Below are positions 26,783 through 36,799 of a DNA stretch of 64,000 bases, piece by piece. Under the pieces are notes generated by a model, which ran no database searches, had not been told where the DNA came from, and saw nothing but the letters and a program-made list of their open reading frames with translations. Position numbers and translations under genes: made by a program. Positions within the stretch are counted from its first letter, which is position 1; the number at the start of each line of letters is the position of its first letter. Where the stretch lies: the NCBI GenBank assembly GCA_017548765.1, contig JAFYZH010000057.1, positions 50,673 through 114,672 on the forward strand. Direction: 5' to 3'. The DNA comes from Lachnospiraceae bacterium (lineage in GTDB: Bacteria; Bacillota; Clostridia; Lachnospirales; Lachnospiraceae).

Positions 26783-28693
26783 ATGAAAGGTTTTGAGGGT
26801 AAGAAAGTGGAAAACGAAAAAGAAAATCAGAAACAAAAACAAAAGAAAAAAGGGATAAAGAAGACGCGGGCGCTGAAGAATAATCTGTTCGCCTGCAGGC
26901 TACTGGGCCGGATCTGCCCCTCACTGGTGGCCCATAAGGGCATCAGCCGGGCGCTCGGCTACTTCGAGTGGCTGTTCTACAGCGCGTTCTTCATGCGCTA
27001 CGTGCTCAGTGCCTTGGAGACCGGCGAGAGCTTCGGACGGATCATGATCTTCATCGGTGTCGTGGTCGTGGTCTTCTGCAGTATGTCCCTGTACAACAGC
27101 ATATTAAACGGCAGGGTCTACCCGGTCGCACAGGCCGTCGTGAATAAGGGCCTGTACCGCAAACTCTTTCGCAAATCGCGAAATGTCGAGCTGGAGTGCT
27201 TCGAGAACAGCGAATTCTACGACAAGTATACATTGGCCATGGAAAAGGCCGATGACCGGCTGATCGCAACGGTCGACGTCGTATTCGGCGCGGTCTTCGG
27301 AGCCATCGCCAGCATCTGCGCCTTCGTCTTCATGTACCAGGTGGATAAGATCTCGGTTTTGTTCATATTGTTCCCGGTCATCGGTAACTTTGTGTTTAAC
27401 CGCAAGAACAGCCAGCTGGACTACGTACGAAACAAAGACATGGCGCCGTACAACCGGCGGATCGCATACATCAACCGTGTCATGTATCTGCCGGAATATG
27501 CGAAGGAGATGCGTCTGACGGACGTATTTTCCCTGATGAAGGAGCATTACCGCGAGTCCATCACGGGTTTGGCGGACGTGACGAAGAAGTACACGACGCG
27601 GGCCATGATCAATCACTGGCTCTACGTTATGTTCACCTTCACCTTCATTTTCGAAGGACTGCTGATCTACGGCGCGTACCGCACGCTGGTGAGCCAGACC
27701 ATGACGCTGCCGCAGCTGGCGGTCATCACGAGCATGATGGTGTCGACGACGTGGATCCTCATCGGGTTCACAGAGTCATTGACCGAACTGTTTAAGAACG
27801 GTCTCTTCATCGAGTACCTGCGGACCTTCCTGGAGTATAAGGAGAAGATCCCGGAGGATACGACGGGTGACGATCCGGGAAATGAGATCCGCTCCATCGA
27901 GTTTCGCAATGTGTCCTTCTCGTATAAGGACGAGGAGGTGCTGTCGCACCTGAACATGGAGTTTCGCGGCGGTAAGACGTACGCCCTCGTCGGGCATAAC
28001 GGCGCGGGTAAAACGACGCTGATCAAACTGCTTCTGCGGTTCTACGACCCGACGGAGGGAACCATCCTCTTAAACGGGCGCGACATCCGCGAATACGATC
28101 TGAAGAAATACCGCGCGCTGTTCGCGACGGCCTTCCAGGATCACCGGATGTTCTCCATGTCCGTTCTGGACAATGTCGTGATGGGCGAGAATATCCCGCC
28201 GGAGGAGCAGGAGCCGAAGGTCATCGAGGCGCTGAAGCTTTCGGGCGCGTACGATAAGGTCAAGTCGCTGCCGAAGGGCCTGCAGACGACGCTCACGCAC
28301 GAGTTCGACGATAAGGGCGCGGTGCTTTCGGGCGGCGAGTTCCAGAAGATCGTCGTAGCCCGGGCGTTCGTGAAAGATTGCCCGTTTAAGATCTTCGACG
28401 AGCCCAGCAGTGCGCTGGACCCGATCGCAGAGGCAAAACTCTTCGACAATATTTATGAGTCCTGCAAGGAAAACACGCTGGTGTTTATCTCGCACAGATT
28501 ATCCTCCGTACAAAATGCGGACTGGGTATACCTGCTGTCGGACGGCACCGTGAAGGAGTGTGGAAATCACAAGATGCTCATGGAGCAGAACGGGATCTAC
28601 GCCGACATGTACACGAAGCAGGCGAAAAACTACCTGGCGGTGTCCGAATATAAGTCACCCGCTACTTCGAAGGAAGGGGGTGCTTTAGCATGA
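26783..28693 (+). CDS. ABC exporter half-transporter (TMD-NBD fusion)
   Basis: Six-helix TMD, Walker A GHNGAGKTT, signature LSGGEFQK, Walker B IFDEPSSALD. Confidence 0.85.
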   Translation: MKGFEGKKVENEKENQKQKQKKKGIKKTRALKNNLFACRLLGRICPSLVAHKGISRALGYFEWLFYSAFFMRYVLSALETGESFGRIMIFIGVVVVVFCSMSLYNSILNGRVYPVAQAVVNKGLYRKLFRKSRNVELECFENSEFYDKYTLAMEKADDRLIATVDVVFGAVFGAIASICAFVFMYQVDKISVLFILFPVIGNFVFNRKNSQLDYVRNKDMAPYNRRIAYINRVMYLPEYAKEMRLTDVFSLMKEHYRESITGLADVTKKYTTRAMINHWLYVMFTFTFIFEGLLIYGAYRTLVSQTMTLPQLAVITSMMVSTTWILIGFTESLTELFKNGLFIEYLRTFLEYKEKIPEDTTGDDPGNEIRSIEFRNVSFSYKDEEVLSHLNMEFRGGKTYALVGHNGAGKTTLIKLLLRFYDPTEGTILLNGRDIREYDLKKYRALFATAFQDHRMFSMSVLDNVVMGENIPPEEQEPKVIEALKLSGAYDKVKSLPKGLQTTLTHEFDDKGAVLSGGEFQKIVVARAFVKDCPFKIFDEPSSALDPIAEAKLFDNIYESCKENTLVFISHRLSSVQNADWVYLLSDGTVKECGNHKMLMEQNGIYADMYTKQAKNYLAVSEYKSPATSKEGGALA

Positions 28694-30468
28694 AACATGT
28701 ATTAAAGAACCAACTCTTCCTGTGGAGACTGTGCTTTAAGACCTGCCCGGGGTACATGATCTACTTCCTGTACGACGGCTTCCGCTACCAGGGCATCATT
28801 TTCCTGGAACACGTGCTGGGCATTCGCTACGTGCTGCACTGCGCGGAGTACCAGGAGCCGTTCTGGAAAGCGTTTGCTTTCATCGGCGTCATCCTTCTGA
28901 TCAATATGATCCAGATCATTCCCGATGGTTACTTCATCCACGGATGGTCGTTCCGGGCGAAGCCCAAACTCTACCGCGCGCTGAAGGAACAGATGTTCGA
29001 GAAGGCGTCACAGATCGATCTGTCCTGCTACGATGACCCCGAGTATTACAACGATTTCGTGCTCGCCGTCGCCGAGGCGGAAGGGTCCATTGACCGCTTC
29101 CTCGCGATGTGTAACATGATGGTGCAGGGGCTGACGATCATCTTCACGACCGGTATTTTCTACCTGATGACCGACGCGATCGGCATCCTGTTCGTACTCG
29201 CGTCGTTCGTGCTGCGGTTCGTGTTCGCGCGGATCCTGAATAAACTGAATTACAAGGTGCGTCTGAAGGTGAACCCGCTGGAGCGTAAGCGCAACTACGT
29301 CAGCCGTGTGTTCTACCTGAACGATTATGCGAAGGAGTTGCGTCTCCACCCGCAGGTGGGTGACGCGCTCGAGAAGGAGTTCTGCGAGGCCGATGACGCA
29401 ATCATCGAGGAGCAGAAGAAGGTCGCCCGGAAACGTTCCATCCTCGGCTTTGTGAATGGCTACCTGGTCGGCGACTTCATCATGGACGGCCTGTACATCA
29501 CGTATCTGGTGTTCCAGGCGGCAGTCCTGCACACGATCGATTACAGCAACGCCGTGATCCTGTTCAACCGTACGGGCAGCCTGCGCCGCGGTATGTCGAA
29601 TATCGCGGAACTCTTCCCGAAGGCACAGGAGAACAGCCTGTATATCGATAAGATCCGCGCGTTCCTGGCTTACGAGCCGAAGATCAAGCGCATGGAGGGC
29701 GAGCCTGTTCCCGAGGGCAATGCGCCTCTGGTCCTGGAAAATGTAAGCTTCCGCTATAAAGAGGACATGGAGGAGACGCTGAAGGATATTTCCCTGAAGG
29801 TACAGCCGGGCGAGCACATCGCGATCGTAGGCTACAACGGCGCCGGCAAGACGACGCTGATCAAGCTTCTGATGCGTCTCTACGATCCGACCGGAGGTAA
29901 GATCACCTACCATGGCGAGGACATCAAGGAGTTCAGCCCGTATGAGTACCGCCACCGCTTCGGCGTAGTCTTCCAGGACTACCAGATGTACGGGGCGACG
30001 CTTCGGGAGAATGTTGTTATGGACCGGATCGCGGGTTCCGATGAGAAGGTCGTTTCCGCACTCGAGCGTGCCGGTTTCGGCGAGCGTTTCAACACGCTTC
30101 CGGATAAACTGGACACGCAGGTGACGACGGAATTCGATAAGAAGGGCGTTAACTTCTCCGGAGGCGAGAGTCAGAAGGTCGCGATCTCGCGAGCCTTTTT
30201 CAAGGACGCGGACATCCTGATCATGGACGAGCCGAGTAGCGCGCTCGACCCGATCGCCGAGTACGAGCTGAATAAGGCGATGGAGTCTGCCGCGCAGGGT
30301 AAGACGGTGTTCTACATTTCCCACCGTCTGTCTACGACACGCGACGCCGACCGCATCATCCTCTTAGAGGATGGCCGCATCGCGGAAGAAGGTACCCACG
30401 CCGAGCTGCTCGCACAAAACGGTAAATACGCCGAAATGTGGAACGTGCAGGCCGGACGTTACAAATAG
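28690..30468 (+). CDS. ABC exporter half-transporter (TMD-NBD fusion), partner of the preceding gene
   Basis: ATGA overlap with the preceding gene. Walker A GYNGAGKTT, signature FSGGESQK, Walker B IMDEPSSALD. Confidence 0.85.
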   Translation: MKHVLKNQLFLWRLCFKTCPGYMIYFLYDGFRYQGIIFLEHVLGIRYVLHCAEYQEPFWKAFAFIGVILLINMIQIIPDGYFIHGWSFRAKPKLYRALKEQMFEKASQIDLSCYDDPEYYNDFVLAVAEAEGSIDRFLAMCNMMVQGLTIIFTTGIFYLMTDAIGILFVLASFVLRFVFARILNKLNYKVRLKVNPLERKRNYVSRVFYLNDYAKELRLHPQVGDALEKEFCEADDAIIEEQKKVARKRSILGFVNGYLVGDFIMDGLYITYLVFQAAVLHTIDYSNAVILFNRTGSLRRGMSNIAELFPKAQENSLYIDKIRAFLAYEPKIKRMEGEPVPEGNAPLVLENVSFRYKEDMEETLKDISLKVQPGEHIAIVGYNGAGKTTLIKLLMRLYDPTGGKITYHGEDIKEFSPYEYRHRFGVVFQDYQMYGATLRENVVMDRIAGSDEKVVSALERAGFGERFNTLPDKLDTQVTTEFDKKGVNFSGGESQKVAISRAFFKDADILIMDEPSSALDPIAEYELNKAMESAAQGKTVFYISHRLSTTRDADRIILLEDGRIAEEGTHAELLAQNGKYAEMWNVQAGRYK

Positions 30469-30489
30469 TGAATGTGTTTGAATAAACCA

Positions 30490-30523
30490 AACGCGCCCGG
30501 CGGGACATCCCGCCGGGCGCGTT
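30490..30523. terminator. bidirectional terminator between convergent genes
   Basis: AACGCGCCCGGCGGG, loop ACAT, CCCGCCGGGCGCGTT, with A/T runs on both sides. Confidence 0.75.
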
Positions 30524-30558
30524 CGTTATATCATTTATGATTTGTTACAAAAGATCGA

Positions 30559-32949
30559 TCAGGATCTCTTCCACTTCCAGTTAGCAACTTCCGGCAGATC
30601 CAAACCAACTTCGTGGATGTACTGCTTGTGCTCAACGAGCTTATCGCTCATCTTCTGGTAGAGGTAAGCACCACGGTTTCCGAGGTGAGGCAGGAACTTG
30701 ATCGCATCCATTACCAGGTGGAAACGGTCGATATCGTTCTGTACACGAACATCGAAAGGAGTCGTGATGGTACCTTCCTCTTTGTAGCCGCGAACGTGCA
30801 TCAGACGGTTGTTGTGACGACGATAGGTCAACTCGTGGATGAGAGAAGCATATCCGTGGAAGTTGAAGAGTACGGGCTTATTCTGTGTGAAGAGAATGTC
30901 GTACTCAGCGTCGGTCAAGCCATGCGGGTGCTCGGTGTTCGGCTGAAGCTTAAACAGGTCGACAACGTTGATGAAGCGGATCTTAACTTCCGGCAGCTCC
31001 TCGTTGAGGATCGATACTGCGGCCAATGCTTCGAGGGTCGGGGTCTCACCTGCGCAGGCAAATACGATATCGGGTTCCTGACCCTGATCGTTGGATGCCC
31101 AATCCCAGATGCTGATACCCTGTGTGCAATGCTTTACTGCCTCAGGCATGGTCAACCACTGCGGACGCGGATGCTTAGAAGCAACGATAACGTTCACGTA
31201 GTTACGGCTGCGGATACAGTGATCGAAGCAGGAGAGCAGGCAGTTCGAATCCGGCGGCAGATACAGGCGGACAACGTCTGCCTTCTTATTTGCGATGTGA
31301 TCCATGAAGCCCGGATCCTGGTGTGTAAATCCGTTGTGGTCCTGCTGCCATACGGTAGAAGCCATGATCAGGTTGAGGGAAGCGATCTCTTCTCTCCAAG
31401 GAAGCTGGTTGCAGACCTTCATCCACTTAGCGTGCTGAGCAGCCATGGAGTCGATGATACGTGCAAATGCTTCGTAGGTTGCGAAGAAACCATGACGTCC
31501 GGTGAGCAGGTAGCCTTCCAGCCAGCCTTCGCACATGTGCTCGGAAAGCATGGAGTCCATTACACGGCCGTCTACAGCCAAATGGTCATCATTGTCATAG
31601 ATCTCAGAGTTCCAATCGCGGTTCTCGGTCTCGAAAACTGCGTTCAAACGGTTGGAGTTCGTTTCGTCCGGTCCGAAGATACGGAAGTTCTTGCTGGCTG
31701 CATTGAGCTTGAAGATATCGCGAACGAATTTACCGAGTTCGGTCATATCCTGACCGTCCTGGCCGCCGTGCTCCTTCACTTCTACAGCGTAGTCGCGGAA
31801 ATCCGGCAGACGCAGGTCACGCAGAAGCTTACCGCCGTTTGCGTGAGGGTTCGCACCGATGCGGGCATCGCCGACAGGAGCGAGAGCCTTAAGCTCGGGG
31901 ATCAGGGCACCCTTCTCGTCGAAGAGTTCCTCTGCATGGTAGCTAGCAAGCCAATCCTTCAGGATCTGGAGGTGCTCCTCCGGCTTCTCGAAGCTGATCG
32001 GAACCTGGTGAGCCAGGAAGTAGCCTTCGATGGGCTTGCCGTCAACTACCTTCGGGCCTGTCCAGCCCTTCGGTGTGCGAAGTACGATCATGGGCCAGAT
32101 CGGACGTGTGGGATCGTTGTTCTCACGAGCGTTCTTCTGGATCGCCTTGATCTCTTCGATAACGGTATTGAGGGTCTCAGCCATCTTCTTATGCATGGTC
32201 ATCGGATCGTCGCCTTCTACGAAGTAAGGCTTCCAGCCGGTACCCTTGAAGAAGCACTCGATCTCCTCGTGGGACATACGAGCGAAGATGGTCGGGTTAG
32301 CGATCTTGTAACCGTTCAGATGAAGGATCGGAAGAACCGCACCGTCATTGATCGGGTTCAGGAATTTATTGGACTGCCAGGAGGTTGCAAGAGGACCGGT
32401 CTCGGCCTCACCGTCGCCGACAGTAACAGCAGCGATCAGATCCGGGTTATCGAATACAGCACCGAATGCATGAGCGATACCATATCCGAGCTCGCCGCCC
32501 TCGTTGATGGAACCGGGAGTCTCGGGAGCACAGTGGCTCGGCATGCCGCCCGGGAAAGAGAAGCGTTTGAACATTTTTGCCATACCTGCTTCATCTTCGC
32601 TGATATCCGGGTAGATCTCGCTGTAGCTGCCTTCCAGATAGCTGTTGGCGATGAAGAAGTTTCCGCCGTGTCCGGGACCGGACAGAAGGATCAGATCCAG
32701 ATCGTAGCGCTTGATAACGCGGTTCAGATGAACGTATACGAAGTTCTGGCCGGGAACGGTTCCCCAGTGACCTACGATCTTCTTTTTGATGCTGTCCAGA
32801 GTCAGCGGTTTACGGAGCAGCGGATTATCCAGCAAGTACAACTGTCCTGCGGAAAGATAGTTCGTTGCGCGCCAGTAGGCGTCCATTTTCCGGAGATATT
32901 CTTCGGTAAGTTCGCCCTTTTCTACACAATAATTATTATTATCCTGCAT
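30559..32949 (-). CDS. xfp: xylulose-5-phosphate/fructose-6-phosphate phosphoketolase
   Basis: 796 aa. [30 protein letters not shown] and a GHWGT...GPGHG TPP region are typical of Xfp. GGAGG RBS. Confidence 0.9.
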   Translation of the reverse strand: MQDNNNYCVEKGELTEEYLRKMDAYWRATNYLSAGQLYLLDNPLLRKPLTLDSIKKKIVGHWGTVPGQNFVYVHLNRVIKRYDLDLILLSGPGHGGNFFIANSYLEGSYSEIYPDISEDEAGMAKMFKRFSFPGGMPSHCAPETPGSINEGGELGYGIAHAFGAVFDNPDLIAAVTVGDGEAETGPLATSWQSNKFLNPINDGAVLPILHLNGYKIANPTIFARMSHEEIECFFKGTGWKPYFVEGDDPMTMHKKMAETLNTVIEEIKAIQKNARENNDPTRPIWPMIVLRTPKGWTGPKVVDGKPIEGYFLAHQVPISFEKPEEHLQILKDWLASYHAEELFDEKGALIPELKALAPVGDARIGANPHANGGKLLRDLRLPDFRDYAVEVKEHGGQDGQDMTELGKFVRDIFKLNAASKNFRIFGPDETNSNRLNAVFETENRDWNSEIYDNDDHLAVDGRVMDSMLSEHMCEGWLEGYLLTGRHGFFATYEAFARIIDSMAAQHAKWMKVCNQLPWREEIASLNLIMASTVWQQDHNGFTHQDPGFMDHIANKKADVVRLYLPPDSNCLLSCFDHCIRSRNYVNVIVASKHPRPQWLTMPEAVKHCTQGISIWDWASNDQGQEPDIVFACAGETPTLEALAAVSILNEELPEVKIRFINVVDLFKLQPNTEHPHGLTDAEYDILFTQNKPVLFNFHGYASLIHELTYRRHNNRLMHVRGYKEEGTITTPFDVRVQNDIDRFHLVMDAIKFLPHLGNRGAYLYQKMSDKLVEHKQYIHEVGLDLPEVANWKWKRS

Positions 32950-33211
32950 AAGGCCTCCTATAATGATTTATGCTTGAAATGTATTGCTACGAGGGGATTT
33001 TTCCCCGGCCATATCTTAGCAAAGATACAGGGGGATGTCAACGAAAACGAAAAGATTTGATAATAAAACCGGAAGGGTTTTTTCTTTTTGCAAGGCCGGA
33101 TGCTTCTTACAATCAAAAACCCGGTTGAATTGTTGGAATTCGTACTGCAAAACGCACAATTCGGGCGTGGCCGCCCGCCACGGACTGCAGTCCGGCGGCC
33201 GGGCTATGAAG

Positions 33212-33572
33212 TTTTATGCCTAAGGGGGTGGCAAAGCATCATTTTAGTCATAAGCCGAAGCAGGACGGGAGAGCCCCCGGGAAGCCTTTTATGCCTAAAG
33301 GCAGGCGAAAGCTTCATCTTAGGCATAGAGGCGAAGTTTGGCGGGAGAGCACGCGGAAGCCTTTTATGCCTAAAGGCAGGCGAAAGCTTCATCTTAGGCA
33401 TAGAGGCGAGGCTTGATGGAAGAATGAGTGGAAACTTTTTATGCCTAAAGGAAGGTGAAAGCTTCATCTTAGGCATAGAGGCGAAGTTTGACAGGAGGGT
33501 ACGCGGAAGAATTTTATGCCTAAGAGCGCGTAAAAGCTTTGTTTTAGGTATAAAAATCAGGTTTGGCACGGC
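33212..33572 (+). repeat. tandem hairpin array B: 5 units, period exactly 75 bp
   Basis: TTTTATGCC anchors at 33212, 33287, 33362, 33437 and 33512. Each unit has TATGCCTAA, about 20 nt, then TTAGGCATA, plus a variable linker. Strand is assigned from G:U-compatible arm changes in units 1 and 5. Confidence 0.85.
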
Positions 33573-33669
33573 GTTGCATAGTTTACATCCTGTGTATGGT
33601 TTGGTAAAATTGTAGATGGAGCCGCTTTCCGCGGCTTACGGGGGTTTACGAAATAGAAAGGCAACAACA

Positions 33670-34428
33670 ATGACATCAAATTATCACAGTCACACGACCC
33701 GCTGCCACCATGCGACGGGCACACAAAGAGAATATGTAGAGAAGGCGATCGAGGCCGGCTATCGCGTGTTCGGTTTTTCCGATCACACGCCCTATCCGTA
33801 CAACAACGGCTTCGTTTCGCCGATCCGGATGCTTCCGGACGAACTCGAGGATTATGTGAAGGAAACTCTGGACCTGAAGGAAGAGTATAAGAAGGACATC
33901 GACATCAAACTCGGCCTGGAAGTCGAATATTACCCGAAGCATTTCGAGGATCTGATGCGACTTTGCGAGCCGTACCCGATCGAGTACTTCCTGCTGGCGC
34001 AGCATCACACGGAAAATGAATATGACGGCACCTATGTCGGTTTCCCGACGCAGGACGAGCGCGTGCTGGAGCGGTACTGCAGCCAGATCGGAGAAGCATT
34101 GGCTGTGGGAAAGTTTTTGTACCTCGCGCATCCCGACCTCGTGAATTTTAAGGGCGAGGAGGCCGTCTACGAGCGCCATATGCGCGCTTTGTGTAAGAAG
34201 GTGAAGGAATATGGGCTGCCACTCGAGATCAATTTCCTGGGCATCTGGGACGGGCGGAACTACCCGGACCGCCGCTTCTGGAAGATCGCCGGCGAGGAGC
34301 AGATGGACGTGATCTTCGGGGCCGATGCGCACCATGTCAGCAAGATCTGGCTGCCGGAGTGCGAGAAGGTCGCGATGCAGATCGTGGAGGAAAACGGGTT
34401 GAACCTGCTGACACAGATGGATACATAA
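33670..34428 (+). CDS. histidinol phosphatase, PHP/HisJ family
   Basis: YHSHTTRCHHA...GFSDHTPY PHP-domain metal-binding motifs. ATG at 33670 is chosen over the upstream start inside the repeat array. Confidence 0.7.
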   Translation: MTSNYHSHTTRCHHATGTQREYVEKAIEAGYRVFGFSDHTPYPYNNGFVSPIRMLPDELEDYVKETLDLKEEYKKDIDIKLGLEVEYYPKHFEDLMRLCEPYPIEYFLLAQHHTENEYDGTYVGFPTQDERVLERYCSQIGEALAVGKFLYLAHPDLVNFKGEEAVYERHMRALCKKVKEYGLPLEINFLGIWDGRNYPDRRFWKIAGEEQMDVIFGADAHHVSKIWLPECEKVAMQIVEENGLNLLTQMDT

Positions 34429-34438
34429 GGAGCAGATA

Positions 34439-35107
34439 ATGAAGAAAGATATACCGAAGAACGGCGAGACCGTGATCCTGGTCGCGGGAGGGACGGTCGA
34501 GCCCGGGTTCATTCGCCGCGTGTTTGAGGAGGCGGAGATGCCGGCCTTGCTGATCGGCGTGGACCGCGGGACCATCGCGATCCTGGAGGCAGGCCTGGAG
34601 CCGAGCCGTGCGATCGGCGACTTCGACTCGGTCGACACTGCGCAGTGGGAGCGCATCCGCGCGCTGCCGCACGTGGAGAAACTGATCCCGGAGAAGGATG
34701 ACACCGACACGGAGCATGCGCTGCGCTATGCGATCAGCCTGGCGCCGAAGAAGATCCTGATGCTGGGCTGCACGGGCACGCGCCTGGACCAGACCATCAG
34801 CAGCATCGGCCTGCTCAGGCAGGCGACGGACGCGGGGATCGAGGCATACATTTTGGATGCGAATAACCGCGTGCGCGTGGTGCGCGACGCCTGCACGCTG
34901 CGTGCGGCCGATGCGTTCGGCACCTATGTTTCGGTGCTGCCGTACGGCGACTGCATCGAGCACCTGTATATGAAGGGTTTCAAATATCCGGCGGAGGATC
35001 TGAGCACGGATTTCAGCGTCAGCCTCACGGTCAGCAACGAATTGACCGCGAAAGTAGGAGAGATCCGCTGCGAAGGGTACTGCATCGTGGTTGAAAGCCG
35101 GGATTAA
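34439..35107 (+). CDS. thiN: thiamine pyrophosphokinase
   Basis: 222 aa. IGDFDSVD motif and EKDDTDTEHAL are typical of TPK. AAGGAG RBS. Confidence 0.7.
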   Translation: MKKDIPKNGETVILVAGGTVEPGFIRRVFEEAEMPALLIGVDRGTIAILEAGLEPSRAIGDFDSVDTAQWERIRALPHVEKLIPEKDDTDTEHALRYAISLAPKKILMLGCTGTRLDQTISSIGLLRQATDAGIEAYILDANNRVRVVRDACTLRAADAFGTYVSVLPYGDCIEHLYMKGFKYPAEDLSTDFSVSLTVSNELTAKVGEIRCEGYCIVVESRD

Positions 35108-35137
35108 GTGACACCGGGGACGGCTTTTTCTGTCACA
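35108..35137. repeat. solo copy of the 31-bp terminal repeat seen at 19642/19983
   Basis: GTGACACCGGGGACGGCTTTTTCTGTCACA matches GTGACACCGGGGACGGTTCTATCTGTCACA in 27 of 30 positions by eye. It starts directly after the thiN stop. Confidence 0.7.
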
Positions 35138-35148
35138 AGGAGGATACT

Positions 35149-35709
35149 ATGAAGTTTAAAAAAATAGAAAAGGTGCATCAGGGGCGGTTCATTACCCGCT
35201 ACGATGTGACCTATGAGACGGAGGGCGGGCATGAGAAGGTCTATGAGATGATCAGCCGCGACCCGAATATGAATACTGAAGAGGCGCTGCGTCGCGATAA
35301 GATCGACGCCGTGGTGCTAGTGATCTTCGACGAGAGCGGGGAGCGGATCCTGCTGGACTGCGAGTATCGTCTGGCGGTCGATGCGTGGGTCTACAACTTC
35401 CCGGCCGGGCTGATCGACCCCGGCGAGACGCCCGAGGAGGCGGCGCGGCGGGAGTTGCGCGAGGAGACCGGACTCGAGCTCTACGCCATCGAGGATGTGA
35501 TCGGCGAGAGCTATTCGGCGGTCGGTTTCTCGAATGAGAAGAACCTGACCATCGTGGGCCGCGCCCGCGGGACATTTGCCGAAAGCGACTCCGAATACGA
35601 AGAGATCCGCTCCGCCTGGTACACCAAAGAAGAAGTCCGCGAACTGCTGAAACGCGAGGTTTTCGCGGGAAGGACGCAGGCGTTTGCATACGTGTGGAGC
35701 AGGAAGTGA
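35149..35709 (+). CDS. NUDIX hydrolase (ADP-ribose pyrophosphatase-like)
   Basis: Nudix box GLIDPGETPEEAARRELREETG. Confidence 0.75.
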   Translation: MKFKKIEKVHQGRFITRYDVTYETEGGHEKVYEMISRDPNMNTEEALRRDKIDAVVLVIFDESGERILLDCEYRLAVDAWVYNFPAGLIDPGETPEEAARRELREETGLELYAIEDVIGESYSAVGFSNEKNLTIVGRARGTFAESDSEYEEIRSAWYTKEEVRELLKREVFAGRTQAFAYVWSRK

Positions 35710-35710
35710 G

Positions 35711-35742
35711 CCGCTTACCTTTCGGTTTTGTACCGCTTACCT
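35711..35742 (+). promoter_or_regulatory. candidate LytTR operator: perfect 10-bp direct repeat with 12-bp spacer
   Basis: CCGCTTACCT (35711-35720), ttcggttttgta, CCGCTTACCT (35733-35742). It lies about 100 bp upstream of the LytTR gene. Confidence 0.4.
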
Positions 35743-35841
35743 GTCCACCTCTTGTTTTTTTTCATGCGTTGCTTTATTGTTGACTCAGGTTTGAAACACA
35801 ACCTCCCCGACGGGGGACTCAGGAGAACATGTTAGACTGAA

Positions 35842-36294
35842 ATGAAAGTATTTGTAAACACGACAAGCAATGAAGACGAGATGCGCGTAGAGATCCTGTG
35901 CCGGCAGATCACCGGTGAGGTCCGCGATCTCGAACGGTACATCCGAAATTACGACGGAAAGCTGATCGCACATGCCGGCGAGGAAATGGCCCGCGTATCC
36001 GTGCGGGACATCCTGTACATTGAAGCGGTGGATAACAACGTCTTCCTGTACACGCAGTCCGGTGTGTATGAGACAGACCGGAAGTTATACGAACTGGAGA
36101 CGCTGCTGAGCGCCCGCGATTTCTTCCGCTGCGGCAAGTCGCTGATCGTGAACATCTATCACATCCGCGCACTGCGGCCGGAGATCACCCGGAATATCCG
36201 CGTGACCATGGACAATGACGAGATCCTGTACATCTCGCGGCGGTACGCAAAGGCGTTTAAGGAGCGGATCGCAGGAGGTGCGGAGCATGAATGA
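35842..36294 (+). CDS. LytTR-family DNA-binding protein (no receiver domain)
   Basis: 150 aa. ILYIEAVDNNVFLYTQSGVYETDRKLYELETLL...FFRCGKSLIVNIYHI is a LytTR domain. Confidence 0.75.
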   Translation: MKVFVNTTSNEDEMRVEILCRQITGEVRDLERYIRNYDGKLIAHAGEEMARVSVRDILYIEAVDNNVFLYTQSGVYETDRKLYELETLLSARDFFRCGKSLIVNIYHIRALRPEITRNIRVTMDNDEILYISRRYAKAFKERIAGGAEHE

Positions 36295-36799
36295 AGCGAG
36301 AGATAAGCAAAAGAAAGAAATGGGACGGGCCAATGTAAAGAGTGCATTGTTGATGTTCCGAATGGTATTTACGATCGCGTTCACATGGCTGATGCTCCTG
36401 GTCCTGCTGATGGCAGCAGCCCGCGGAAACGAGTCACTCTCGGTGGGATTTGCCCTGAAGCTCCTGGCGTTCTGCGCCGGCGCATCCGTGATCTTCTGCG
36501 GAGCATTTTCCGAGTTGATCCTGAAAGGGAAATCGTTCATTTTCCGCCTGACGATCTTCATGATCGCCTTCCTGCCGTTCGAAGTGACCTGCTTCTACTG
36601 GATGGGCATTTTCGAAGGCTCGGGCAATGCAGTGCTCTGGCTCTTATTCGTCGGAACGTTCGTATTATCCTACGTGATCTCTGTAGTTCTGGATCGTGTT
36701 GTGTTTGCAAAACGAGGTGAAGTTTACACACAGCAATTAATAGCGTACCAGAATGAAAGGAGACAAGAATATGAGAACGATCAACAAGGAATATCATGA
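36287..36799 (+). CDS. small polytopic membrane protein (DUF3021-like partner of LytTR regulators)
   Basis: ATG at 36287 overlaps the LytTR stop. Four hydrophobic helices. The family name is from memory only. Confidence 0.5.
   Translation: MNEARDKQKKEMGRANVKSALLMFRMVFTIAFTWLMLLVLLMAAARGNESLSVGFALKLLAFCAGASVIFCGAFSELILKGKSFIFRLTIFMIAFLPFEVTCFYWMGIFEGSGNAVLWLLFVGTFVLSYVISVVLDRVVFAKRGEVYTQQLIAYQNERRQEYENDQQGIS

Noticed and set aside
30613-33060. 815-codon ORF on the plus strand
   Set aside because: It lies exactly antisense to the phosphoketolase gene, whose protein has unmistakable conserved motifs. The antisense product is a low-complexity V/L/R/D-rich string with no RBS. Long stop-free antisense frames are expected in GC-rich, codon-biased genes.
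33088-33615. ORFs running through array B on both strands (175 aa plus strand with 25-aa repeats; 121 aa minus strand)
   Set aside because: They stay open only because the 75-bp unit is a multiple of 3 and contains no in-frame stop in those reading frames. There is no RBS, and both strands are open. Conservation is concentrated in the palindromic arms rather than in a codon pattern.
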